From: Catajapyx aquilonaris
Lineage: Eukaryota
Length of the DNA: 39,042 nt
Direction: 5' to 3'
NCBI GenBank assembly: GCA_000934665.2
Contig: JYFJ02003663.1
Location: 1 to 39,042, forward strand
Positions 1 to 13,900 of this stretch are shown piece by piece. Position 1 is the stretch's first letter; the number at the start of each line of letters is the position of its first letter. The notes beneath the pieces were generated by a model. It ran no database searches, was not told where the DNA came from, and was given only the letters and a program-made list of their open reading frames with translations. The translations under genes were made by a program, and so were the position numbers.

Positions 1-131
1 GAACAGGTCAAACCAATTAACGCGAAATTTGGCCCGATACCATATCTCTATGAACCCTACAACTCTGCCAAATTTCGTCAAAATCGGAGATGGGGGGTTT
101 CATGAGTGATCGCCTTCACGTGGATTTACCC
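1..131. mobile_element. Possible terminal fragment of a MITE
   Basis: aaatttggc...ctgccaaatttcgtcaaaatcgg motifs typical of invertebrate MITE subterminal repeats; the other end is outside the window. Confidence 0.3.
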
Positions 132-3100
132 ATTTAGCAGTTGTGTAATGAGAGCTGACCTTGCACTTTTGTACAGTGTTCAATTTCCTGAGCATGTCAG
201 TGGGGAAATGTAACCTGGTAGCTCATGATAGTGTAAGGAGAGAAGGAGGGAAAGAAATGGTGGGTTGAAAATAATACAATTCTTGCGCGGTTAATGGCAA
301 TGGGGTGGAAAGTGGTGAGAAACTAAAGCGAGTGCAGGTTGTCCTTGGGTGGGTGTATGTTTGTGGCCTGATAAATGTGAGGCTTTGGCCGGACTGATAA
401 GGAAAGGAAGGAGGTGCCCCTATGCCCAAGGAAAAGGTAGTAAAGGAAGGATTTCTTGTCTTTGGGAGGCTGCCTGAGCCTCCATCACATTCTAGGCTCA
501 TTTATTTATACCTCCTTTATCTCAACCCCATATGCTCATCATTTTTTTTCCTCCTCAGAGTCTGCATTTCCTGATGCAACATGCACGTTGTGCAAAATGT
601 ACACATAGCAATCAGCCATTTATCTTTAGAAGTAATCTCAGTGGAATTGACGTGCAGTGGGTTTCTTAGAGGTGTGACCCCAAAGCCCACGAAAAAAAAA
701 GGAGGCCAATGTTGAGAAGCAGCAGCAGGGAAGGAAATCATATATCTTTGTGCAGCTTTTCTAGGAGTGTCCAACCATCCATCCATCCATTCAGGCAACC
801 CCTTGATGTGAGAAAGAAAAGAAAAAGGGTGGGGTCGGTTGCTCGGTTGGGCACAGGATCCTTATTATTCGAGGCTCCTTCGTTCAATCGCCTCATTCAA
901 GGGGATCCAGAAGGAATGATGCTGCAAAAGTAGTGGGAAGCAAGGAAAAAAAAAAGTCACTCGAGACTGTGATTTAATCCGCCGAATTACAAACTCCTTG
1001 GGATGCTCCAGATCTCGGGGATCCAAAGTGGTTGCAAAGGGTTTTTTTTACACACTCAACGTTGAGCTGGTGCTAACATAATGGAAATTAATAATTCGGT
1101 AGCTGCAAATTTGGCTACATGTATATGGAGGAGATTACACGCCCCTCATATTTTTTCCATGGTCTGACCGGAAAGAAGCCTTTCCCAGATCGCCATGACT
1201 GCGAGAAATAATGCCAAAACTTTCCCAAATCTAGCGGCATAATTACGGGAGGCGTGTGTATAAATTATAACAATCCTGCGTGGAGACGCGACGCATGAAC
1301 TTCACCAGTGACAGTCCTCATATCGAGAGATCCGATTTCTTTTTTAAATTCCCGCTGCAGCAGTAGATATAGGGCATACCTGATACCTGAAATCTCTCTA
1401 ACTGTATATCATGTCGCGCCGCCTCAGAGGTGGCAGTGTAGTGCTACAAAATGGAAAAAGTAAGATGTTGCAGATCTCGTTTGCTGTACCGTTAAGTATG
1501 AATACAGAAAAATCCGGACATTATTTATTTTACTTATTTATTGCGCTCTCATAATGGTTAAGTTTAGTCCAGACTTGAGTGGTGGATTCGACTGAGTATT
1601 ACGCGAATGTTATCCAAGGTGAGGTGAAGGTTGGTTGAAGTGCGGAAGAGGTGAGCGAGTTGCAAAGATTTTTCAACCGGAAGCGACCTTGTGTGATAAG
1701 TCTCATGGAAAAAAAACGCGAAGGAACGAAGGCCTTGAATCACAGGACCGGAAGTTCGCAGAACGTCTTGGAGTCCCGATTTACACGGCAGCTACAAATT
1801 TGGTCGGTGGAAAAATGCGGTCAATTTGAGATTATGGCTCAGGTGTTGTTCCGATTTCATTAGCGCCACGTGAGAGCCCATATTGCTCATGCGAAATTGT
1901 GCTGCCCACGGTTTTTGCTAAATATAGGTATACGTGTAGAAGAAAATCCCGAAGATTCATAAAACCCTATTGTTTCTCATATCGTGAGGCCCAAGAAAAG
2001 CTGATCACGACACAAGGCGGCTTATATTTTTAGCCGCACTTACAAGTTATGTGAATTCGCAATACGTTGTTAATTTTTTTTGCACGGTGTTATAAGACGA
2101 CTAGTGGTGTAAACGAGATGTGTCGTAATTTGCTGCTTTTTAAGCTGAATTTCATTAGATTTAACCATCTTGATAGAGCTATAGTATTCAGGACGTTTGC
2201 CATAGCTTCACGCCAAGAGATCAGAGCGAAATGGCCCGATTCTTCCCTTTATAATTGAGAAGTGTTATTCAAAAGATGTGCGGTTGCAATAACAAGTAGG
2301 TCATCGCCATCTGGAGGTGTGCCAAAACGCGTGTTTTTTTGGCGGGGTAGTAACTAGTAGTTGAAAATGAAAGTGTGGTTCAAGCAGAAGAATAAATGTG
2401 GAGGAGTAATTTGCCGCTCTTAAATAATGCAGGGTAATTTACGCACGGTTCGAATGGCGTTTCGGGGCCAATTATTTCCGTTTTAGTGCCGCAATTAGAA
2501 AAAGGTGTCGGTTTTGTGTTGGGCACGTAGCCGCTGTTAGGTGATTATGGGGTTTCATATGCAGTTTGGATTGCATCGTTGCACAATATGCACCTGTTTT
2601 TCTTCAGACTTCAACATGTCGAATGCGAGTTTTGTTTACTCGGGATCAGGTTGCTCGTAATCAGACGTATAATATGACTGTTACGACAGAGTTTGCAGAT
2701 TTTGGGGGTGTATTGTCCGCTACTAACGTCAGTTACTGACGTGAGCACATTGCATATATTGCGCTCTGGCTTATGCCCTTTTACGTTTATGTAAGCAGCT
2801 GCGAGCCGGTTTATGTTGATCTGAGAAATGTGTAGCAATTTAGGCTGCAGTGTTACTTGACGGAGCTAATAATTTCCCCCAAACATTAGTAATGTAAGGA
2901 ATGTTGTGGCACTGTGTATGATTTAATTTATTAATAAATGCTACATATGCCAAGCACCATCCTCGTTGAGAAGTTTCGTACATTTGACGTGCAGAGCTTG
3001 ACTCGGCATGTAGTGAATTCATGATGAGACAAAAGAGTGAAGTACCGAGCTGTATCATTCGTGGAAGAGCCACTGTGACTAAGGTATTTCAAGTGCTCAA

Positions 3101-6057
3101 AGGTCACGAGTAATCTCCTTCAAACTAGCACGTTTCGTCACGTCCATAGTACGCACTCTGGGATGGGTGCTGCAGCACGTAGCATCGGAAGTGGCGAAAT
3201 TAGCAGTCCCGTTACTAATAGAGCCCCATTTCGATAAGAAGTTCCGTGGCAATTCATGGAGGCCTGATTCATACAGCGCACTCGTTGCCTCACAATTTTT
3301 CTACAATTATTCTGAAACCGTCGTGCATATAGTGACGTGTCATGTGGCATGAAACCCGTGAAATTCCGTCATCGCCTGCCAGCCTGCTCCTATTTCAACG
3401 AGGGTGGAGTAATGCAATATAGCACAATGCACTGTACTTACAAGCGGCACCTGTGTGCCAAGAGTACTCTTCCCCCTCGTGCACACCAGCAGGGCCATAT
3501 AGGATTACAGTTATTGGGGTGCGTTGTTTGTGCTGAAAATATATAGAGGAAAGGGGGGGAATCCTGACTGATCTAACAAGAGATGCCTAGACACGCGCTA
3601 GCCTGCCATACAGACAAAATCGATAGATGTGTGTGCATGGCGGCAGATTCTGTCACATTACGAGCAAGTGAGACGAACTGTTGCCGCATGCACTCGGCAA
3701 TGCAGCCTTGCAGTTGGATTATTGCCCGAGAGTATTGCACTCTTGATAGGCCAGCAAATAGGGGACACCGACCGCATCTTCAATTTTGTCGCACAATTTT
3801 TTTTATATTAAATAATCATTTTCATTATCTGATGTTTGCTTAGACGCTACAGAATTTTTCGATTTGTCTGCGGCTTCTGAAGAGTGCCGGAATGAATTTA
3901 CCTGGCAGGAGCAGGCTGATGGGTCACATGTTTCCGTGGACAGGGAGAGGTCAGAGATTAATTTCCTTCCCCCTTTCTCTCTCCGTGTGGTCGGTCATTG
4001 TTTTTGGATGGGCGGCAGTGTTAATGCCGATTAAAAGAGGGTGGAGATGGGGCTGAAATGGGCCAAGGTGAAGGTTTGGGCGGATCCCAGCTACAGTCAG
4101 TCCCGTCCGAGTGGTCGACAGGTAGGCAGGCAGGTAGACTATGGCATCCCTCCCCATCATCATCATCCAAAAGGAGAAGAGGGTTATGCCGAATCCCAGG
4201 AGACCATTGTTGAGGGACCACTTGATTGCCTCTCGGCCACTCACATTTTTTTTTTTTTTTTCAGTTGTTGAAACTCTGTCGGCGTGAGTTTTTGCTTCGA
4301 GGTGCTCAGGATGAGAGACACGTGCGAGACAAATGGGAGAAGTTTGGAATTTACTGGTGCTGCTGGGTTACCTGAAGCATGCATACGCAGCAGTTGTTTT
4401 TTTGACAAATGAGGCAAAGAAGAGTAGAGCTCTGGGATTGTGTTTTGGGACAGCCTGTACGTGCCTTATCCGAATATTCGTCCAGGTGTAAACACTCCCC
4501 CACCTACATTTTGTTCCCCCCAATGCAATGTATAGGGGTTGTGTTGCGCTCCCCCCAAGGGCCGAGACACGTGCGATTCAACGGACGGGGGCATAAAAGG
4601 CTTTAGGGAGAAGGTGCTAGGGGATTGCCTGGCTGCATAAACGGTGGACCCCGACTGGTGACCTCGGCTCTTGGTGACGTTGTGAGTCACCGCGCCGAAT
4701 ACAAATGTTCACCTGTTTTGTTTGGGCAGCCCGAAGCCTCCAGGGGCATCCTCTCCAACAGCTATTTTTTTTTTTTTCACTGCTACTTGAAAAAATATTT
4801 ATAGATTGTAGAGTTCGTTTTGAGCGGTGAGAAGCGGTTAGAGAAGCGATAGCACTGAAGGGAAGTGCGGGGGCTATTCGCGGCCGGATTATAATGTAGT
4901 CCGGGGTGTGTTTTGTGTGGAGGTGACGGACGTAAATAGTACATTATAGCCAGCGTCTATCGGCGGGATGTGAGGCAATTCCGGGGTTCGCTGCGATAGA
5001 CCTTGGCCAGGGATTAACGGTTTCCTCGGCCCACCTATACATTAGCAGCCTGGCTCGTACTGTAACACAAATGCTGTGTGGTGCAACAAGAGATGTACTT
5101 GTATATGGCCCGAAGAGTGCAGCTGCTGTAACTCAATACTTTCTGCTTGAGTATGCAGAAATCTTTGAAGGAAGTGTTCGTCTTGGACCACCCTGTGTGC
5201 GGTCCCATTGGAAATATAGCAGACTGATCGATTATGCTTTTGAACTGGCGGTATCCGCTTTAGCCGAACTTTTGTGCCACTCTGTAGGTGGAAGCCCTCA
5301 ATGTCGTACCTATCACTTGCTGCCTACACACCAGCTACGCACATTTTTTCCCATTATATGCCAGAGATGGGTCACCCATTGATAAGTTGGCACCAATCCC
5401 ATTCATTGTGCGAAGTAAAATTAACGCAATTAATTGGCCCTCCTCAGGAAGTGGAACAATTTCCGGTCCGATCTACGGGCCTACAATGGGCCTCAATGTC
5501 AATGGCGCTTCCTCTCCTTGTACAAAAAAAAAACAAAAAAACCTACTGATGGGTCATTCTATAATATCGTCCTTCTGATTCATACCACAAAACGAGTGAT
5601 AGCAAAAGGATGCGATTGTTGCGTCCGGAATGACCGCTATTTGAAACAAGTGGGCGTGATGGTTTCGAGCAACTTCCAGCAGCCTCTCTCAGGTACGAAA
5701 CATTCCGAGGGTGATTGAATCTGGCTACGCCCTTGACGAGACAAGACCCACTCCTTTTTGGAATATGGGGGCAAAAAAATAACGGGTCTGGCATGGCAGC
5801 ACTTCTTTATATGGGTTGGGGAGTAAGAGAGGAAGGATGCAGGCAGGCGGCAGGCGCCATTCACTTCTCCATATATTTTTTGTATTCCTGTTTCTAAAAT
5901 TTTTTTTGGGTGTGGGGGCCTACGGCGAGATGAAGGAGAATATACACACGTCACTAGTTTGGGCACAGGACCCGGATTGTACGTGTCAAGAGCCGCGCCC
6001 CTCATCTTGATTTTTTGGCCCCATTTTTACAAGAGGTGGACGTACACGGTTTTTTTT

Positions 6058-6087
6058 GGAGGGGGGGGGGGNTTGGGGGGGGGGGGG
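6058..6087. repeat. Poly-G tract containing an ambiguous base
   Basis: Two G runs around 'ntt' (n at 6072). Confidence 0.9.
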
Positions 6088-7585
6088 GAGATGACGATTA
6101 TAAATAACGTGTGTGGGGTCGACGCTTATATCACCTGACCCGTAGTAAGTCAGATGGTTAAAAGCTTTAAGGGGATAGGTGCTTCTATGCGTTTAAAACG
6201 CGACAGGAACACACGTGGTAGTGAACGGGATTTCGTCTGGGTCAGACACACTGCACATTTTTTTACGTTCATGTAGGAGAAAAAAAACTATTCGGTTTTT
6301 CAGTCGCGTATATTGGCGGAAAAAGTGTCCGTGTCACTTTTACTGACATGTGTTTCGGAAACGAAGTTTTTTCGTCGCGTTTGTGCCGGCCCATACAAAG
6401 CGGCGGTAAAAACGTCGCGTTTTTTATGAAGCCGAAAATACGCTCAGAGGACTGACCTCGACGGAATTTTACTACCGGTATGCTTCGGAAATGGCGACAT
6501 TTTGCGCGTGTTTTAAACGCTGTTTCCGTTACTTTTCCCACCATAAGTCTACAAATAGCTTCAGCGCATCTATCGTTGAACAGACATCCTGTTTCTCGAT
6601 TCATCTGATATCGACCGATTCCTATTGCCGTTTTTTAAATATATACATCACGGGTGTAAAAATAATGCGGAGAAGGTTGATAGCTGAAAGTGACCCCGTT
6701 TCACGTGAGAATGGGTCGTTGACTGGGATGCTTATGTCAAATAAATGCGATTGTAGTTGCGGGACTGGGGAGTTGAAGATAAACAAGACGGTTGGTTGGT
6801 TAGTAAAATAGGTGCCGGAAGTGATAAGATAGGTTGCGGGAGACCCTCTGATTGGTACAGGCTCACGCACACGCACGCACGTATCTTTTTTACTGTTTCT
6901 TTTTTCCACCAGCATTGTCGATCTGAATCTCGAGGTATGTACTCTGCTGGGTAGGCGACACCAGATTCTGGAAACTTTCAGAAGTCGGAAGGAAAAATCT
7001 CAACCGTGGATTATATGCAGCAATTAAGTAACGGAGTAATTAGAGACATGGACCTTAAAAAAACGTGTGGCGTGATTATTATGTGCGACCTTTCGTGATT
7101 TCCAAATTTTGTAAATGATATTTATTAATCCCGTAGTATAGTCCTCTAGGGTGTTATTTATTTTGCGTGTGATTTTTTTTCTTCACTTTTTTTCAATTGT
7201 GGGTTACGGAACTCAACCGTAGAAACCAAGTGCGTGAAACCAACGTGAAAAACCACGAAACTAATTACTACTTCGTCACTTTTGATATTAGCAGTAGGCC
7301 TGTATATTTAAGAAGGTAGCATGTGTAGATTGTTGGCCTTTGCGACGAGTACTTTTTCGCCAAGTGCTCCTGCATGTCTCGCTACTTTGTATGTCGTGAA
7401 TTTATTCGTATGCTATAGTCTATGAATTTGCGCACTTTTTGTTTCTTTTTGTTATAATATATGATTGTTATGGTGCTTTATCTGTTTTTGCTAACTTTTG
7501 TAGAATATTTAAACCGTGAGTACATTGTCAAAGGCATACTTGCGACAATGGTCCTATCAGCATTATGGCATCCTTGGCATTGAAA

Positions 7586-7587
<2 letters not shown>

Positions 7588-7619
<32 letters not shown>

Positions 7620-7649
7620 GTTATTATTGTTATTATTGTTATTATTATT

Positions 7650-7691
<42 letters not shown>

Positions 7692-7703
7692 TAATAATAA
7701 TAA
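7588..7703. repeat. Compound (TTA/TTG)n then (TAA)n microsatellite
   Basis: Direct reading; polarity switches at about 7651. Confidence 0.95.
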
Positions 7704-10700
7704 TGCCATTATTACTGTGATGTGCTTTTGTGCCAATATTTGCTTTGATGGGGAGAGAGAGAGACCATCCAAACAGTGTATAATGCAACGATATCAACAT
7801 GGGAATCGACCTCACTCATGTAATACAGAAATGTTTACATATGCAATAGGCATTAAACTGCGTGTGAAATAATTGCTTGTACACGGTATACTGAATAGTA
7901 ATAATTATTCAGCTTCCAACTGCCTGTTGGTAATACCTTTAAAAAAGCATGTATAATTGCATGTTGTTGTTGTTTTTTTACATTCCTGTGGCATCACTGT
8001 TAGAAACGTGCATTATTAAAATTCAAGATTCGTATGTCGAGGGCAACTATCACTCAATTTTCCTAGTATAAATATTGCGTAACTGAAACAATCCGTTTTA
8101 CTATGAGGTACAGTACAAGTGACAGCAAGTTGAGTCATACCCCCGCTTTATACGTCTGATGCAGACCGGTTGTCACTACAAGAAAATAATATACATGATG
8201 CTTCCCCCAGGTGTCCTTGCCCAAAATGCGTGCGTTTCCTCCCTTGTCATGGTCCTTGTCGTGTCGCCAAGTTCACCTTCGCGGTAGTGACAAGCTATAC
8301 TTCTGTCAGATGGACTATTGTTCCCGTTTCGTTTATCTTGCGCAGTATTACGTACGTACGAACGGAGAGAAAATGTGGCAAGACTCGATTCTGTTTTCCA
8401 CAAGTTGCGCAAGATCTTTTGCAGTATGTGGACTGGGTTCTTTTAGGAAACTAGATTGACATGGTTGCGTGGACTGAAAGCAGAGCAGTGCCCAAGTTAT
8501 GATTTGAGCCACTGAGCATGTCTCTGTGATACGTAGCCTAAGGAAAATCGATATGGGCATATCCAATTTTAGTACTTGGACCAGTATTATCGGGCAATGG
8601 GGGTCTTATCGGCAGTTACAAACGTTTGAGCCGATATGCATGCAGCTTGACATACTATTGCCGGTGCATTTTATGTGGTTGTGCACTGCCAAAACACCGC
8701 CAGTTCAATATGGGGATAAAATATGACGAACTTGGTTGTTTACTCCAGCAATCAGTGTGTAACATTTAACAAATTTAAGTTTGCCACTTACACATACAGT
8801 ACACCTAACCTCTTGAACTAGGATAGGTTTGCGCATCACCCTGTATATTTTTACAACATGAGTTTGATGGTTCAGCCATATTCATTGATGTCAAAAGAGC
8901 CAAGAGATAATGGAAATGATAGAGTTATGGAATTTTTTTGTGTACCGGACCTTTTTTTTTTCTGTGAATCTGGAAACTTTTGTGGAGCCTGGAGGCGGAT
9001 TTGATCAGTGGAATTCAGGTTGTGATATTGTTGGCACAGGGGATATCGGAGCAAAAATCCGGGCCACCGAAAAACATGGATCAGGTCCAGCAACAGTATC
9101 AGGGGAGGAGATCCCCTCCCCAGATTTAATTACGTATTAGTGAGTTTTTGTAGTGGGTCTGAGGCGAACAATATTGAGGTCGTCTGTATGGCAGCCAACG
9201 TTGCCAGCATTACTTCCGCTTGTTGGGCCTATCCAAAACATATATACGTACTGAAATTCCTTCCATCTATACAACCCCCCCTCCCACTCCACCATCTACT
9301 TCAAAACCGTAATTGTATTAGGCAGGGATTCATCAGCGTGTTCATGTGCTGTTGACCGGTTAGCATTGATGCAATTAGAGGTACTGCCTGCGCACTGTGC
9401 GCTGGTATAGGAATCAATACGGCGACATTTAGGGGGCCCATTATTTTTGCAATTTCTCCAAGGAATGCGCGCTAAACAGGAAGGACCGTAATGGCATTCA
9501 GGGCGTTTCCGCACTATTCCATTTGCAATTAATTAGGCTCGTGTGTTGACACATCTCCCAGAGGAGGTCATGTACAGGGTGGCTTGTTCACCTGGGCAGT
9601 GCGCCACCCTGCTGTGCTGTGGAGCGTGCCGCTTCACATACGGTAACCACGTACGATTGTCCCCACGTACACACTCATTACACACACGCGCATGGAGTAC
9701 GTGGTGAGGACCGTAGTGAGTGGATCGATCCCTGGGCGCCTTTGCTGGAGGGGCAGTGTCCCCGGCCCAGTTGAATGAATCCGAGCCGGCTCACTTGTTG
9801 GACAATCGCCGGGCCCTTTGGGTCACGGGAATGGGCCGCTGGGGGGCTGCAAGACATTTCGAGCCCGTCGTTACTTGATATAAATGCGGCACAAATAGAG
9901 CCGCGCTGGGGAATCCATAGGGGGGCTGACAGAAGGGTGGCTGATATAAAGCCAATTGATGAAGAGCTGGACGAGACAAGAGGTGGCGAAAATGTAGCTC
10001 AAGTGCGAATTTGTTAGCATGCATTTGCACTCTGGTGTGAGAAAGTGCGGGATTTCATTCGTGGAGCATCAAGTATTGCGGTGGAATTCCATATGGTGCA
10101 TTTGGGAAATCAACAAGTATGTTTCACTAACCTTATTGACTAATCGTGTTGCAGGAAAGATTATTTGAGGTTGATGCTGGTTCCTGTTATGTACAGCCTG
10201 TTTTCCGACACCTACGCAGCATGCACTATAGGTCTGACGTTATATATTTTTTTCTGTCCGTACATGTGCAGTCATGAAACAAATCTGGACATACTTTAAT
10301 ACGCCCGCACACTATGACAAAGAGTGTGTCCAGGTACTCGAAATATTTCACAGTGCAATGGTATCTTGTTCACCAAACTACTTGTAAATTTTCGAATCAG
10401 TCATAATTCGCGACAATTAGAAACATGTCACACTTTGGGGGCCTGTGGCATTTCACATCATTTTCCTGCAGCTTTGGGGGAATCCCGGGAGGAGGTGATG
10501 TGCTAACTGTTCCAATGCATTATATCTGTTACATCCGTGGCATCTAGCCAAACTGCATGTGCTTCTTGCTGCTCCATATCCGCTATAATTTATAGCGGTG
10601 GATGGCTGAGAGTTAGGTGAATAGCCTTATTTAGATCAGGAAACCAGGCACGCTGCAGACCTACTTTAACGCAATAGGTTACGTCAAGTGTACTGTACTG

Positions 10701-10804
10701 TACGTGTATTTATCAGGGACGGATATTATCTGGTATTTGAGCACAATGGAGGGAGCTGTAATGCCAACTCTACCCTGCAGGTGATCTGATGTGAAAGGAC
10801 AAGG

Positions 10805-10948
10805 ATGGCGGACTACGAGGACTCATCCTACCACTCGACGAGCGAAGCCGAAGCCGACTCCGAGGCCGAGGGCGAGGTCGCCAGTGACCCCGACGATCCG
10901 CAGAAGCTGCTCAATACCTGGCTGGGCGAGTTGGACAACCTCACAGTG
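10805..10948 (+). CDS. pico: MRL gene first coding exon (acidic N-terminus plus KLLNTWLGELDNL helix)
   Basis: Acceptor ccctgcag ends at 10780; ATG at 10805; donor GTAGGT at 10949, phase 0. The peptide resembles the RIAM/lamellipodin N-terminal LLGEMD helix. Confidence 0.85.
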
Positions 10949-13900
10949 GTAGGTGCATTGTCAAGTCAATTCTCTTCGACGCGCCTTGATGTACCATAAG
11001 CGACTTGCAAGTCATTTCCATATTTTTTTGTACGGCTCCCTTGTTATACTCGAGTGTTGAGAGAGGGTGCGAAACAATTATAGTTGTCTACTGCTTTTTG
11101 GAGTCCATTAGTCTTCGTAGCGTACGTGTGCCGAGGCGGTTTTGCATAAATCGATAATAAAGTGAGATCCACCAGTTTGGAGAAAGTCGCCGGGATTTGC
11201 ACACAGTGTCCGTAATAATTCATGGCGTAACTCGGTACGACACTTGCATTGACGCTGTTGTGGAGTGTTATTGATTCGGGGCGATTACAATTGTGTTTCG
11301 GTCATTGTTTACTCGGGTTTTGATTATATGCTAATGAATTGTCAGCGAAACGTCCGAGCTCGTAATTCCAGTGCGTAAATCAGTTTGAATAGCGGATGTC
11401 GTCCCCATACGTGAATAGGTGTTTCACAATAGTGGCATTGGGTAGGCGCCGTCAAGTCAGACAGTACGGCTACCTCATTTGGAGGATTATTCCCAGGCAT
11501 CCGGATTTAGCAATGCAGAGACGAGGGAGGGCTTGGTCTGCTAAAAATATTTTCCCTTTTCCCTCTTTTGGCGCCAATGCCTCACGTGGCAACGTCCACG
11601 TCTCCTGCAGGAATAGAAGGGACAGGGAAAGAGCCCCCCTCCTGTACGTTGTCCAACGCCGGTTTATTGGAGCCGAGACAAAAATTGCGTCTTATCAAGC
11701 GTCGGCGATCTTCGACTCGAGGAGGCTTAGGAGCGGATGAGATATTTGGTTGGCAGGTAATAAATACGTTTGTGGAGGAAATATCGATGGCTGGAGGAGG
11801 GGGCGGGGGGAATGTTTTCCCAGGGTAATCGGGAGCAGCAAGCGGGGCTGAAGAAGGATGTAGACAGATGTTGAAGTGGGAGGCAACACGGGAAGAGAAA
11901 ATGAGTCAGGATGCTGCGAATAGAGCACATTGGGAATTCCCAGAAAACGGATGGGATTTTGAAATAACGATTGAGTCAGGCTGCCTCGAAAGATATAAAT
12001 CTTGAGGGGGTCCCCTTTCCACTTGCTCCTTGAAAAAGTTTTGGGTACGAGGTGGTGGTGGTGGGCTGGGAGGAAAAGAATGGCAGGGTCAATGATTGGT
12101 CTGCAGGCCGTGTGAAGCTGGCGGAGAGAGATGGGGTGGTGGACTCGATGGGTCTGGATGCCATCTGTTGGGAGGATTTGTGTGGTTGTGGATGGCCGCG
12201 AGAGGTGGCGGTGGTGTTGGCGGATTAAGGATTGGTGGTTGGCGGAGATGGTCGGTAGTTGGCGCTCGTGTAGACAAGCGGCCTGTATGACTGTCAATTG
12301 AGCTGGAAATATTTACTGTACTTAGAAAATTTACAACAATCATAGAACACACAAAGTCGTACGATAGGAACTGGGGAGGGTCCGTTAATTAATTAAATTT
12401 AGTACGCGTCGTGGTCTATATACGCGTGACATTGTCCAATTAGGATGTACTGTGGGCCGGAAATGCATAGAGTTCGAAGCTAATACTTACTTAGTAAGGA
12501 TAAGCCATATTTCAACATGCTGAGATTCGGCAGACGTGTGCTTTCGAAACGGGGGGCCTATTCCAACGACGGCAATTTCCGCTCCGTTTTGGACCATTGA
12601 CAAAGTGAATAAGTAGGAGAGGAAAGCTATTAAGCATATTCATAAAAAAGCTGGAAAAAAAGTAGTGGAAGTGGATGAAATGATTTCCGAGGCCGCTAGG
12701 GAGGCAGGCTCCCTCGAACGGATAGGCGGAAGTAATGCAATTTGTTCCCTTGGATGCATACACGTACCATGGTACTGTTATGCCTCCTCACGCACGAGAG
12801 CAGCGTGTGTGTGTGTGTTTGTACTGCCCACCATCCCAAGCATAGTAGGGAATGGTAGGGGTTTTTGATACGGACAGAAATAAGGCTGGCCTGTAAACAT
12901 GTCAAGGCTCTTCCTTCGCCTTGCTCTTTTTTGTGACCCCGGCCAGTGTTGTTATCATGGACGTGTGTGTGTGTGTGTGTTTCCTGCCCCGATGTGCACG
13001 CCTTCTCACGCACCATCGCGCATCCTTCTTCCCCAAATGGGAAGAGAAAAAGCGGCAATTTAGAGTCTGAACCATCGCGTGCCCAGGAAAAATCTTCGGA
13101 GGAGCATGTAGGTTGCTACTGCATGTGCGATGGACACCTGTGACCCTGCCCAACAGAGGATTTATTTTTGGGCCTTGAGCGTGCGCAGGATGGGGCTAAA
13201 TAACAAGTTTCGCACAATGGGTTGGGGTGCTTGTGTTAGTGTCATAATTAGGGCCAGGATGTTGGTTGGTGTTGTGATGGCAGGCCTGTTTTTTTGCGAA
13301 TTTGTGCAAAATTACTGGTTTTAAAGATGTGATAGGGGTTTTTGACATTTTGACATCTAATTAACCATTTCTAGGGAGGAATATCTTAATGGAAAATCTT
13401 TACAATATATCAGTTCGTGAATCTGAACTTGCTGGCGGCCATCATCCTCCTTGTCATGGACCGTCACACCAACCTCGACCCCCCTCTCTCTGATGGTGTG
13501 ACGTCCTGTATTGTTGCTCACTCAACTCAGCTGCAGATTGGGTTGCTCTCAAGGTTGTGATGCTGATTAGTGAAGGACCTCTTTGAAACGTTAGGAATAG
13601 GTCACCTAATCGTGAATTGTCGTAATTTTGGAGAAATTTTAAAGGAGCGCGAAGAGCTTGTCACATGCTGTAATATGCTTGAAAAATATGTTTGACTAGC
13701 GGATGGTAGAGGTCGAGGACCCCGTAACATGGTTAGATAACATTCAATATGAGTAGTTGTGTGAACTCAGCTGCTTCTGCAGATATCCAGATTTACTTCT
13801 TTTTTTCCGAAATGACCTTTTGTCTTATCCGGTTATGCAAACAGTGCTCCCTTATTGTTTGCAAATGTAGCGAACGCATGGAGTTCATATTCAAGCTGTT

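Noticed and set aside
7516..7872. Poly-Leu/Ile/Asn ORFs
   Set aside because: Translation of the (TTA)n/(TAA)n microsatellite.
9775..10017. 80-aa ORF as an N-terminal extension of the MRL protein
   Set aside because: The exon starting at 10781 has an in-frame TGA before ATG 10805, so it cannot extend that frame.
11695..12297. 200-aa minus-strand ORF (likewise 17294-17938)
   Set aside because: Low-complexity His/Pro/Thr content from G-rich plus-strand sequence; no domain signal.
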